IMG/VR virus record: IMGVR_UViG_3300037882_001257
Location: 888-64,887 of that record
Strand: one strand, 5' to 3'
DNA: 64,000 bases
Source of the DNA: a virus
Below are positions 46,292-55,014 of the stretch, piece after piece. Made by a program: the position numbers and the translations under genes. Positions within the stretch are counted from its first letter, which is position 1. Each line of letters starts with the position of its first letter. The notes under the pieces were generated by a model. The model did no database searches, was not told where the DNA came from, and saw only the letters and a list, made by a program, of their open reading frames with translations.

Positions 46292-47343
46292 TTCATTCCT
46301 AGCATTTCTTGTAGCTGCTGGTAATAATGGTCGAACAAATTGTTGGCCCTGATGTATTCAACTAGATTCTCTAGCCCCTGGACCTTGCTACCGTCAGGCA
46401 TAGTAAACCACGAACCTCCCTTTTCAAACATACCTAAGTCTTTACCCAGGTCTGCCAGTTCAAAGACCTTATCTATACCGTGGTTGTATCTAAGGAAGGA
46501 AGCTCCTTTGCGCCCTGGCGGTCCTAACGCAGAAGTAAAGCACTCCCAGTGAACTATTTGACCTATCGGATTCCCTTCTTTAGGGTAAAATTCCCGATAC
46601 TTAGCGTTCAACTTTACATCCATCTGATACTGGATTTTTCTACCACTAGCTTCTGACCAAGGGCTTTGACCGGCCATCGCCGCCTGATTAGCAATCATGT
46701 GGGTTACACCCAACAAGATACACTTATTAACAGGAAGAACATTAGAGACCTTCTTGCAGAAATCCGCCAACATTAGCGGAACATCGTCTCTGAAACGGGT
46801 GGCGTAGTCACTGCCGAACCTAGCACCACTGCACAACTGAGAGAATGAGTCTATGACAAATATAGCTCCCGGCTTAGTATGTATATAGGACTCAAGGATT
46901 TCAAGATACTCTTCAGCCTTTAGAATGTGCCCAGGCTCCGATTTAATACAAGTGAACCTATCTTCTGCTAGGTTAAGTGTTTTAATACCGGCGAGGTCTC
47001 TATCTGAGATACGACCTTCGATATTGAAGAAGTAAACGTGTCTACCTTTTGGGCATAAATCAGTAGCATACTTCATATCTTGGGCTGTGCCAGCGAAGTC
47101 GAGCCAGAGAGTTGTCTTACCAACTTTTGGGGGGCCAGTAGACACACAGAAAGACCCCTCTGGAATACCACCATTCAGCATCATATCCAATACGGGACTA
47201 ACGGGAATTACCATGCGGGGGTTTTCAAGGATAGAAGCCCCACTTACAAAGATACCTTGTCCGAACTTTTTCCGCAGATGAGCATCTACATTCGCCGGAG
47301 TCAAGTCAACAATTGATTCAGCAGCTTCCTTTTTCTTTGCCAT
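46288..47343 (-). CDS. recA: RecA/UvsX-like recombinase
   Basis: GGIPEG, Walker A GPPKVGKTT, FNIEGR, VIDS, SGRKIQY and YNHGID. Confidence 0.88.
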   Translation of the reverse strand: MAKKKEAAESIVDLTPANVDAHLRKKFGQGIFVSGASILENPRMVIPVSPVLDMMLNGGIPEGSFCVSTGPPKVGKTTLWLDFAGTAQDMKYATDLCPKGRHVYFFNIEGRISDRDLAGIKTLNLAEDRFTCIKSEPGHILKAEEYLEILESYIHTKPGAIFVIDSFSQLCSGARFGSDYATRFRDDVPLMLADFCKKVSNVLPVNKCILLGVTHMIANQAAMAGQSPWSEASGRKIQYQMDVKLNAKYREFYPKEGNPIGQIVHWECFTSALGPPGRKGASFLRYNHGIDKVFELADLGKDLGMFEKGGSWFTMPDGSKVQGLENLVEYIRANNLFDHYYQQLQEMLGMK

Positions 47344-47789
47344 TATAACCCCTCTAATTTATCGAGAATGGATTTACCCTTATTCAAGGGTTTCCTTATT
47401 GTGAAACCTGCGGTTTCTTCCTTGACCTCAACCTGTGATAATTTCTCTAGATTTTCCTGCTCTTGATTGAGCAGAGCTTGCTTTTCGACTATTATATTTA
47501 CAAGCCAAGGTGCCATGAGACTGTAAGTTTTTTTTGAGCGGGGGTCTTTCAAGGCTCTGATGATAGCCTTCTCATCAAACTGTTTGAGTAATTTGTGGCA
47601 AGCCCGTAGTTGCATCTTGTAGTATTTTGCCCATTGCTCATTAAGCCAAAAGCGGACAGGTAAATCTCTACCTTCCGCTTTAGCCTTGTGTTCGCAAATT
47701 ACTTCAATGATGTATTGGGCGGCAGTAACCCAGCCCTGTGGACTGTATAAAGACGGATAGTTACTTTTGGTTGTTCTCTGCTTGGGCAT
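47343..47789 (-). CDS. Hypothetical protein
   Basis: 148 aa; overlaps both neighbours in the operon. Confidence 0.5.
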   Translation of the reverse strand: MPKQRTTKSNYPSLYSPQGWVTAAQYIIEVICEHKAKAEGRDLPVRFWLNEQWAKYYKMQLRACHKLLKQFDEKAIIRALKDPRSKKTYSLMAPWLVNIIVEKQALLNQEQENLEKLSQVEVKEETAGFTIRKPLNKGKSILDKLEGL

Positions 47790-48240
47790 AATCAGGGTCG
47801 TATGCTACTTGTGGAATGTATCCACAGGGAGAGGGTAATTCTAGAGCGTCCCAAAACGATTGGGGAACCCCACGAAGATATTCTTCTCTGTATACATGTG
47901 GGTTTGTTAAGTAATCAGCAAACCTTTGTTTCATATTGTTGGCTACTTTTAGAACATCAAGTAGCTCCATCTCGTTGTGAGCTACTAAAGCATCTACTCT
48001 CACGTCAATCGCAGAACCAAAAGTATTACTTTCTGTGTTGGGTGATTGATGGGTCGCAAAAGCGTACCAACCCCTGCGTCGTTGGCGTCTCAGGGTCTCA
48101 TCGTAATAAAACTCAAAGTATGTAATATCTTCGGGCTTTATCTTATGGTCTTCGACATAGCGAACCATAGCTGCCACTAAGATTCTTTCCAACTCATTAA
48201 TGATGGGTGTGCTACTCAAGTGATTCTCCCGTCTTAGCAT
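47761..48240 (-). CDS. Hypothetical protein
   Basis: 159 aa; fills the operon gap and overlaps neighbours. Confidence 0.45.
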   Translation of the reverse strand: MLRRENHLSSTPIINELERILVAAMVRYVEDHKIKPEDITYFEFYYDETLRRQRRRGWYAFATHQSPNTESNTFGSAIDVRVDALVAHNEMELLDVLKVANNMKQRFADYLTNPHVYREEYLRGVPQSFWDALELPSPCGYIPQVAYDPDYAQAENNQK

Positions 48241-48718
48241 TAAACAAAGTACCCCTTGTCATTCTGTTGGTAGAGAGGGATTTCTTCTTACCTTCGTCTC
48301 CCCTTGCAGACGCAGCCTCAGTCATAATAGCAACCCCACCATTACCTTCGCCGGTATTGGTAATCATAATTTCCTGTGGGCCTATTTCCTTAGAGGCTAG
48401 TCTAGCTAGATGCTTCGCAGATGGAATGTCTCCCGTTGACTTTCTAAGGGCTTTAGCTACCAAGTCCTTAGCTTTCTTCAAATTGAAGCCTGTACTTTGT
48501 CTAACAAGATTGACTGCGTCTCGCACAATGTCGGGGTTTGTCACAGTTACCTCTTGGGTCGGGGCTTGCTTCTGTATGGTAGTAACGGGTACGTCAAACT
48601 GCTTGGCAATTTGCTCCGGTGTGAAGCCTTGGTCAGTCAGCGTTCCTATCATTTCCTTTTGGACTTTCGTAAGTCTCTTGCTCATTATACTAGCTCCCTT
48701 TCGGCGTGGCTTAACCAC
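48212..48718 (-). CDS. HTH protein with a RuvA-C/UBA-like (or L7/L12-like) helical insert
   Basis: HTH GFTPEQIAKQFDVPVTTIQK; insert VRDAVNLVRQSTGFNLKKAKDLVAKAL. Confidence 0.5.
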   Translation of the reverse strand: MVKPRRKGASIMSKRLTKVQKEMIGTLTDQGFTPEQIAKQFDVPVTTIQKQAPTQEVTVTNPDIVRDAVNLVRQSTGFNLKKAKDLVAKALRKSTGDIPSAKHLARLASKEIGPQEIMITNTGEGNGGVAIMTEAASARGDEGKKKSLSTNRMTRGTLFNAKTGESLE

Positions 48719-49116
48719 ATTACTGTTTTTGTACGTAGAAACTGCAAATAAAAATCAAACACCTTCTGGTTGACTTTTCTCCATTTAGCCTCGGCAATAC
48801 CCATTCTCACCTTATTATGGCGGAACTGATTAGACCCGGAAACAGGATTGTAAATATGACCGTCACTAGTCAGTTTTAGAAAATACATATCCCGGCCATC
48901 AACCTTAGTCTTATAAGCGAAAGCCCTGTCTTTAGCGACGGGATTCTCATCTATGACTAGCGGGTTTTTCTTGCGGTCAAGCGCGTCATGCAACCCTATA
49001 ACAGTGTACACGATAAGCGAATCTTCCACATCTTCTAATATGGGAACATTTGCGTTTCTAATAGGAGAGCAAGCCGCCTCCGCTTCACTCTTAGTTGGCC
49101 TCGGCATTTTTAACAT
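48685..49116 (-). CDS. Hypothetical protein
   Basis: 143 aa, overlapping operon gene. Confidence 0.5.
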   Translation of the reverse strand: MLKMPRPTKSEAEAACSPIRNANVPILEDVEDSLIVYTVIGLHDALDRKKNPLVIDENPVAKDRAFAYKTKVDGRDMYFLKLTSDGHIYNPVSGSNQFRHNKVRMGIAEAKWRKVNQKVFDFYLQFLRTKTVMWLSHAERELV

Positions 49117-49291
49117 CCTCTATGAATTTTACCACTTGTTTAACAACTTCTTCTCGGTCCTTACCCTCAAACACTCTTAGCTGACTAGGATACTTTTGCA
49201 TCTTAGCATTAGAGGCGTCGATAGTATTGTCAATAGTTAACTCACTAACAACACACTCAAATCGCACATTTAGAATAGCCTGATACATCAC
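49091..49291 (-). CDS. Small hypothetical protein
   Basis: 66 aa; overlaps both neighbours. Confidence 0.45.
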   Translation of the reverse strand: MMYQAILNVRFECVVSELTIDNTIDASNAKMQKYPSQLRVFEGKDREEVVKQVVKFIEDVKNAEAN

Positions 49292-49635
49292 TTAACCTTT
49301 CGGTTTTGTATAGAATGAGAATGGGTTCCTCGCGTAGGCTTACCCAGTCCCGGAATCTCAATGTCCTTTTTGATGTTCAGCTCTTTGTCTCTAGTGTCTA
49401 TAAGATGCTGTTTTTTATCCTCGCTAAACCGGTCTGTGTTTCTGTCTGCGCGACCACCTAGTGTCTTAGGGGTTGCGTCTACCCCTCTAATAGAAATGCA
49501 CTCGTTGTAGTTACGAGTGCATCGTCGCTTGCCGCAAGCTGGACAAGAAGGACGAGCCACTAAAGATAGGCTCATCGGTACAGATTTTTCAAAGATGCTA
49601 TTGCATCGACTACAATCGAATATGTAAACGGGCAT
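49288..49635 (-). CDS. FmdB-family zinc-ribbon protein
   Basis: MPVYIFDCSRCNSIFE...CPACG. Confidence 0.8.
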   Translation of the reverse strand: MPVYIFDCSRCNSIFEKSVPMSLSLVARPSCPACGKRRCTRNYNECISIRGVDATPKTLGGRADRNTDRFSEDKKQHLIDTRDKELNIKKDIEIPGLGKPTRGTHSHSIQNRKVK

Positions 49636-50100
49636 TTACGCCAGTTCTCCAATAGCTTTAACTAGGTCAAGCGCTGTAGGGTACTTGATAGATGTGCCAC
49701 CCTTTGGCAACAGTGAGTGCATTGCGTGGTCCAGGACTACCTGCCCCTTATCAGTCGTGAAGTATATACGACCGAAAGATGTAGAGACCTTCAATTCTGA
49801 TAAAGGTTTATATGCGACAACATTTGTTTGTTGTCTGACTACTTTATAGCCCTCATCATTAAATGCCTTTTCCAGGGTTTTAACCACTGAAATTGGCAAC
49901 ACATTAGTATCTACTATCTTAGTAGGCAACTTCTCTAGGCGAGAGGTTTTATCCTTGATGAATCTACGATAGCTTTGACGGTTAATATCAAAACCCTCAA
50001 TCGCATCACTGTCCTCTTTAGACACTAGCAAATAGCGTCTTTCTCCAGGTGAGTTACCACCACTATACACAAACGAGACTACTTGAGCTTCCTCTGACAT
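49636..50100 (-). CDS. Putative WYL-like domain protein
   Basis: VSFVYSGG...ERRYLLV...IEGFDINRQSYRRF resembles the WYL pattern Y...R.....(G)FD..R...R.F. Confidence 0.45.
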   Translation of the reverse strand: MSEEAQVVSFVYSGGNSPGERRYLLVSKEDSDAIEGFDINRQSYRRFIKDKTSRLEKLPTKIVDTNVLPISVVKTLEKAFNDEGYKVVRQQTNVVAYKPLSELKVSTSFGRIYFTTDKGQVVLDHAMHSLLPKGGTSIKYPTALDLVKAIGELA

Positions 50101-50125
50101 AATTTCCTTTTCCTTTCAAGATAAC

Positions 50126-50251
50126 TTAACTAACCAACATAGCTCCACATAGACACAACACACCTACACCAATCGGCAAGGCAGTGAAAAACGATACAAC
50201 AGTGAATACAACAGCTAAAACAACAAGAGCAGTCTTTAGATTAGCACCCAT
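50126..50251 (-). CDS. 41-aa hydrophobic membrane peptide (not in the ORF track)
   Basis: MGANLKTALVVLAVVFTVVSFFTALPIGVGVLCLCGAMLVS, with a GGAG RBS upstream. Confidence 0.65.
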   Translation of the reverse strand: MGANLKTALVVLAVVFTVVSFFTALPIGVGVLCLCGAMLVS

Positions 50252-50261
50252 AAAATCTCCA

Positions 50262-50295
50262 ATAAAAGAAACAGAAGCGGGAGGAATCTCCCGCT
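50262..50295 (-). terminator. Intrinsic terminator downstream of the HNH gene
   Basis: AGCGGGAG-ATTC-CTCCCGCT stem followed by TCTGTTTCTTTT on the - strand. Confidence 0.65.
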
Positions 50296-50319
50296 CCTAT
50301 AGTATACACCCCGAATCCG

Positions 50320-50919
50320 CTAAGGCAAGTCGATTCCCTCGCGCAACTTCAAGATTTCGTGATACGACCTCGGCAAATAAGGCTCCCATTCTGGCTCAAT
50401 TAGATGCCAAGGCTTTAGACCGAGAACATAATGAGCAGCCGGTGGTTGCACCGGAGCCTTCTTGAGCTTTAGTCCACACTTTTCTAGCGTGGTATCAGCT
50501 TTCTTTCTATTGCAAGCATAGCAACAGGTTACAATGTTAGTCCAGTGCGTAGGACTTCCCTTACGCTTTTCTTTGCACCACTGGGCACGCGATATAACGT
50601 GGTCAAAGGTTAGGCTACCCATTGTAGGGTCAACTACACCACAATACTGACACTTTAGCCGGTCTCTGATATAAATGTTAGACCGGGAAAAGGCAACCTT
50701 GTCCTTGCGCTTGACGTATTCAGGTACTCTGACTACGGCAGGCACAGGAAACTTTCTATCGTTAGTAGCTTTAACGAAATCATTCTTAAAGAAGTCTACT
50801 ACCTGATAAGCAGGGTTTTCAATAGCTCGTTTCCACGAAACCATAGACATAGCACTAAAGTCCGCATTTAGTACAAGGGCTCTTTTGTGAAGATGTCCTA
50901 GTTTGTTCTTCTTCATCAT
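50320..50919 (-). CDS. HNH endonuclease (McrA/HNH_5-like)
   Basis: ALVLNADF, PAVVR, SRSNIYIRDRLKCQYCG, TFDHVI and NIVTCCYACNRKK. Confidence 0.9.
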   Translation of the reverse strand: MMKKNKLGHLHKRALVLNADFSAMSMVSWKRAIENPAYQVVDFFKNDFVKATNDRKFPVPAVVRVPEYVKRKDKVAFSRSNIYIRDRLKCQYCGVVDPTMGSLTFDHVISRAQWCKEKRKGSPTHWTNIVTCCYACNRKKADTTLEKCGLKLKKAPVQPPAAHYVLGLKPWHLIEPEWEPYLPRSYHEILKLREGIDLP

Positions 50920-51586
50920 ATTTTTCCATTGCGTTTACAATGGCCTCTACTAAGGGGTCTCTGACAATATCCTTGTTTGCCAACTGAACGAACGCGACGT
51001 TTTCAATGTCTTTCAATGCACTACCAAAGTAGCTCAAAGAACCCCTCTTATGCATCGGTAAGTCAGATTGTGATTCATCACCGTTAATAATCAGCTTACT
51101 ACCAGGGCCTATGCGTGTCGTTAGCATTTTAACCTGTTCTTGAGTAGCATTCTGTATTTCATCTGCAATAATGAAAGCCTTCTTAAATGTTCGACCTCTC
51201 ATATATGCAAATGGACATATTTCTATAATATTCGCTTCTTTTAGTAGGCTTATCTGTTGTAAACTGAGATAGTTCTCCATCTCATCGTAAATAGGTCTCA
51301 AGAACGGATAGCTCTTAGAGTTAGTGTCACCTGGAAGAAACCCCAAATCTTCACCTGCGGTAACAAGGGGTCTCGTAATAATAATCTTGTTGAATTCGCC
51401 TTTGGCCCAAGCTAAAACCCCCAACGACGTTGCTAGAAATGTTTTACCTGTTCCGGCAGGACCGGTGCAGAACACCATTCTATTTGTTTGTATCGCCTGA
51501 ATATACTCCTTTTGGCCCTCGCTCAAACCCTTGACTGAATACTGCTTTAGAGGTACCGTTACCTCGCTTGCCCTGGCTTTACGCAT
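50855..51586 (-). CDS. phoH: PhoH-family ATPase
   Basis: GPAGTGKT, LGFLPGD, YMRGRTF, ADEIQN, GDESQSD and DIVRDPLV. Confidence 0.95.
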   Translation of the reverse strand: MRKARASEVTVPLKQYSVKGLSEGQKEYIQAIQTNRMVFCTGPAGTGKTFLATSLGVLAWAKGEFNKIIITRPLVTAGEDLGFLPGDTNSKSYPFLRPIYDEMENYLSLQQISLLKEANIIEICPFAYMRGRTFKKAFIIADEIQNATQEQVKMLTTRIGPGSKLIINGDESQSDLPMHKRGSLSYFGSALKDIENVAFVQLANKDIVRDPLVEAIVNAMEKYDEEEQTRTSSQKSPCTKCGL

Positions 51587-51653
51587 AATCTAAAGCCCCT
51601 TTATTAAATTGTCAATCGTAAGTTCCTACATTATACTCCCAAAAATTTCTGTG

Positions 51654-53999
51654 TCAAGCCCTTTCGCACGAACCGCCCGTGCAGGCTACAGCTTGAGAAA
51701 TCGTGGTGTTGTCCTCAGTCTCAATCATCATTTGGTAATCAACGGTTGCCAGCGAGGACGCCAAATCACAATACAGCTTCCAATTATACACATCTTTCAT
51801 GCAGTATGTGAGTTTTTTCACATCTGAACCCATGTATTTATTGGCAAACTTAATCATCTTATGAAGAAATTCCACCTTTTGGTGTGACAAACGGTTAAAT
51901 TCCAAGAATTGTTCGGGTGTTTCTGCCTTCCAGTTAAAAGCACTTTTCCAGTCATTATCTACGGCAAACTTGCAGGCTTCCCACAGATTATCCTCGAAAG
52001 CCCCCAAAGCATCGCTAATTAAACCGCTGGTCCAAATGGCGGCATCGCCGTATTCCTTCACAATCTCTTTGGTAGTCAAAACCGCCACAAACGGAGCCTG
52101 CGGATAGTCCTTATCGCCTGACTGAGGCAGCAAAGAAATACCACAGAACATATCTCTATGGTCATAGATATACTCAGTAACTTCCGCCCACTCGTGAGGC
52201 ATAACAGTGATAGTGTTACTTACATTGTGTCTAAGCCACGGTTGAGTACATAAGTCCAAGTTAGTGCCAGCACAAACCCAGTTTTCTTGAGTGGATTTTA
52301 CAACCCCTAATAGTTCTATAGCACCAATTTGATTCTTGAGTTTACTACCATCAGGAACTTCAATAGGGAACGTGATAATATCATCAGTCTTAGCAGATGA
52401 CCACACAGACTCTTCACAATGATTAGGGTTGACATTCTTGAAATACTGATAGACTACTTCATCCTTATTCGCCTGCATACGACGCAGGTATCGCTTGGCG
52501 TGATGAGGATGAATTCCAGAACTAGTGCCCAACAGACACGAGGTAGTACCTTCTGGCTTACACACAGTTGTTCTAGCAGCAGGGTTAATACCAATCAAAG
52601 CCGCCACTCTCTTATTGACAGCCTTAACGTGTTCCGCTACTTTTCTTTGATTCTCAGGGTCTAATACAATCTCTGGCTTCTCCATCACGCCAGTCATAGA
52701 AACCCCTAAGAGGGCTTCTCGTTTGCAAATAGCTTCTGAAACAGGACCAAGGTAATCAAACTTTGTATATCCGGCCTGTAGCGTCCCGATAATAGCAGCG
52801 GCCTCTCCGCGCTCCATAAAGTCCTCAACACTTTTAATTGATGAGGCATTAATCGTGGACAGGTTGCAAAATTCCCAGCCGGATGCAAGTCCAATATCTT
52901 TGAGGGGTTTTCTATATCCATTCCCGTCATATGTCTCCATGAACTTAGAATATTTGTCCTGGTCCACAATTTGGTAGCACCAGAATTCTACTTCCACACA
53001 CGGATTGAAATTTGCCTCCGGGTCATCTGCCCATACGAACCCAGGCTCGCCCCACTGTTTAGTATTTTCTATCAGCGCTTGGAACTGCTCAAAGGAGGTT
53101 TTATCACGCAGCAACAGAACAGAGTTGTTTGAGCGCGCCCGCTGTGGATTTTCTATCATCCAATTCCCTGTTTTTGCCTGCAACATTTCAATGTCATCTG
53201 CACTGAAAATGGCAATGGTGGCTGAGCGGCGAACACCACCGGAGAGAACCGCATCGGACGCGAACATTGTAATGTCGTAAGCATCAATGGGGCGAAGTCT
53301 AGTTTGGCCCTTAATCACACAGCGGTCCAGCAACTTACGAATTTCTTCTATGGAGGTCTTAAGACCACCTGGACCTGGGGCTTTACCGACACCGGAACTA
53401 AGTACAGAACCCTTTGGGCGGATTAGAGAATAGTCGAACTTTACAAAGTCTACGTTAGCATATTCTGCAAATGCTTCCATCCCAGGCTGCACACCAAAAT
53501 AATAGGTGAGCAGTACGCCTAAAGCGTCAGCCCAGCCTTCAATAGTATCTGGTATTACAAATGTTTTTTCTACTAAACAATCAGTTACAAAAAATCCTGG
53601 TAACCTACGAGCTTGGAATTCTGGCAACTTCGCTACGTGATGCTTCTGCACAGAAAAACCGGTTCCGCAGCCACAGAGAAGTAGCCAGAAAGTTTCTTGA
53701 AAGAAACGAAGGCGGTCACAGTATGACGCACAACAATTGTAGCCCCTGGCGTTAGTCTTAAGCATGGGAGCGCCCCCGTATTGGAGGGCTCTTTGTGAGC
53801 CTAATACCTTCTTCTTGAGCATCATGTCGTATGCGAAGTCAATGTCAGCATCGACACCCTTAGAGGCATAGGTGTCAACCATCATACCCTTCACTCTACT
53901 GACCGCCTCTTTCCACTCTTCTCTTCTATACTCACTTTTCAACCATCTTGCATACTTAGATGTAAAAGTATAATCCATCATCTCGTTCAATGCCGACAT
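51654..53999 (-). CDS. nrdJ: Class II (adenosylcobalamin-dependent) ribonucleotide reductase, monomeric RTPR type
   Basis: SQRALQYGG, GYNC, GCGTGFSV, VLSGGVRRSA, GEPG, NPCVE, FCNLS, TVCKPEGTTS and C-terminal CTGGSC. No beta subunit is visible. Confidence 0.92.
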   Translation of the reverse strand: MSALNEMMDYTFTSKYARWLKSEYRREEWKEAVSRVKGMMVDTYASKGVDADIDFAYDMMLKKKVLGSQRALQYGGAPMLKTNARGYNCCASYCDRLRFFQETFWLLLCGCGTGFSVQKHHVAKLPEFQARRLPGFFVTDCLVEKTFVIPDTIEGWADALGVLLTYYFGVQPGMEAFAEYANVDFVKFDYSLIRPKGSVLSSGVGKAPGPGGLKTSIEEIRKLLDRCVIKGQTRLRPIDAYDITMFASDAVLSGGVRRSATIAIFSADDIEMLQAKTGNWMIENPQRARSNNSVLLLRDKTSFEQFQALIENTKQWGEPGFVWADDPEANFNPCVEVEFWCYQIVDQDKYSKFMETYDGNGYRKPLKDIGLASGWEFCNLSTINASSIKSVEDFMERGEAAAIIGTLQAGYTKFDYLGPVSEAICKREALLGVSMTGVMEKPEIVLDPENQRKVAEHVKAVNKRVAALIGINPAARTTVCKPEGTTSCLLGTSSGIHPHHAKRYLRRMQANKDEVVYQYFKNVNPNHCEESVWSSAKTDDIITFPIEVPDGSKLKNQIGAIELLGVVKSTQENWVCAGTNLDLCTQPWLRHNVSNTITVMPHEWAEVTEYIYDHRDMFCGISLLPQSGDKDYPQAPFVAVLTTKEIVKEYGDAAIWTSGLISDALGAFEDNLWEACKFAVDNDWKSAFNWKAETPEQFLEFNRLSHQKVEFLHKMIKFANKYMGSDVKKLTYCMKDVYNWKLYCDLASSLATVDYQMMIETEDNTTISQAVACTGGSCERA

Positions 54000-54001
54000 T
54001 A

Positions 54002-54244
54002 CTACTCCGTATCGTTATCTCTAGTCTGTTGCTTTTCTTCTGCGTAAGTCCCAACGTCTTTAGCCAGCTTCTCAGCTTCCGACGCAGATGGTAAAGCCCG
54101 TTCGACTTTCTTCTTGCGTGGCTTTCTGGTTTGATGCCGGTCCCAAAAATCAGAAAGTGTATCAGCGCTATCAGTCTTGATAACTTTCTTTTTGCCAGTT
54201 GGTTCACCTTTAGCATTCCGAATCTCAATTGCTAGTTCAAACAT
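54002..54244 (-). CDS. Small basic hypothetical protein upstream of nrdJ
   Basis: 80 aa with an AAGGA RBS; its stop is 2 nt before the nrdJ start. Confidence 0.6.
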   Translation of the reverse strand: MFELAIEIRNAKGEPTGKKKVIKTDSADTLSDFWDRHQTRKPRKKKVERALPSASEAEKLAKDVGTYAEEKQQTRDNDTE

Positions 54245-54274
54245 TTCATTGTCCTTGTTAAGAAAAACCCACTG

Positions 54275-54310
54275 AAAAAAAAGACCCGTCTACAACAAAG
54301 TAAACGGGTC
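54275..54310 (-). terminator. Intrinsic terminator upstream of the 80-aa gene/nrdJ block
   Basis: GACCCGTTTAC-TTTGTT-GTAGACGGGTC (11 bp, one G-U) followed by T8. Confidence 0.85.
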
Positions 54311-54409
54311 GTGATTGTCTCAGCGACACTTTAATAAGTGGCTTGTCGGAGGTGTCGCTGTAACTTAAATGATGCCACGCAGGGCACAAAGTTCTTTATT
54401 CCGACCCAC
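54275..54409 (-). ncRNA. Candidate structured cis-regulatory RNA (riboswitch/attenuator-like) or sRNA
   Basis: Perfect 9-bp hairpin 54321-54329/54352-54360 whose loop is complementary to the 5' segment 54400-54409. That segment is also complementary to the terminator arm. A promoter-like motif lies 6 nt upstream. Confidence 0.45.
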
Positions 54410-54974
54410 TACTATATAATACACCGGAGAGGTCAAGCTCTCTAAATTTCAAACGGCCACCGGCCACGAATTGAAATATCTCGAAGAGCGTATCATACTC
54501 TTCATTGTGGTATTTGTTTTTCAATTCAGCATCTTTAGGAAAGACCGCTTCTTTGACACCAGCTTGCCACAAAAATAATGTGCATTGTGAACATGGTTTG
54601 TGGGTGCAATATAGAACCGTGTCTTTGGTGGAATTACCAGCCCTGGCAGCATTCAATAAAGTGTTGATTTCGCTATGAATCATCCACTGGTATTTGTGCC
54701 CATTTGGGTCTCTAACATTGGGCAAATACCGGTCATCTATGTCACGAGGAAACCCGTTATACCCCTGGGCTATCACTTGATGGTCCCGCACTAAAACTGC
54801 ACCCACTTGCGTACTGGCATCGTGGCTACGCTTAGCAGCGTCAAATGCCTGCCTTATAAAGAAGGTGTCCCAGGAGTCTCTCGATTCTAAACGAGCCTCG
54901 TCACGAAGTGCCTGATACTCTCTGAGGCGTTCTCTGGCGGCACCGCTTAGCAAAAGGTCTTGGGAGATTCGCAT
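54396..54974 (-). CDS. dCMP deaminase
   Basis: SHDASTQVGAVLV, GYNGFP, HSEIN and THKPCSQC. Confidence 0.92.
   Translation of the reverse strand: MRISQDLLLSGAARERLREYQALRDEARLESRDSWDTFFIRQAFDAAKRSHDASTQVGAVLVRDHQVIAQGYNGFPRDIDDRYLPNVRDPNGHKYQWMIHSEINTLLNAARAGNSTKDTVLYCTHKPCSQCTLFLWQAGVKEAVFPKDAELKNKYHNEEYDTLFEIFQFVAGGRLKFRELDLSGVLYSSGSE
54415..54425 (-). promoter_or_regulatory. GGTGTATTATA putative phage promoter motif (inside the 3' end of the dCMP deaminase gene)
   Basis: Identical to the copies at 2094-2104 and 57164-57174. Confidence 0.45.
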
Positions 54975-55014
54975 ACCATATTATACGGGTGGGTGATAGG
55001 TAGGCAACAGGATT

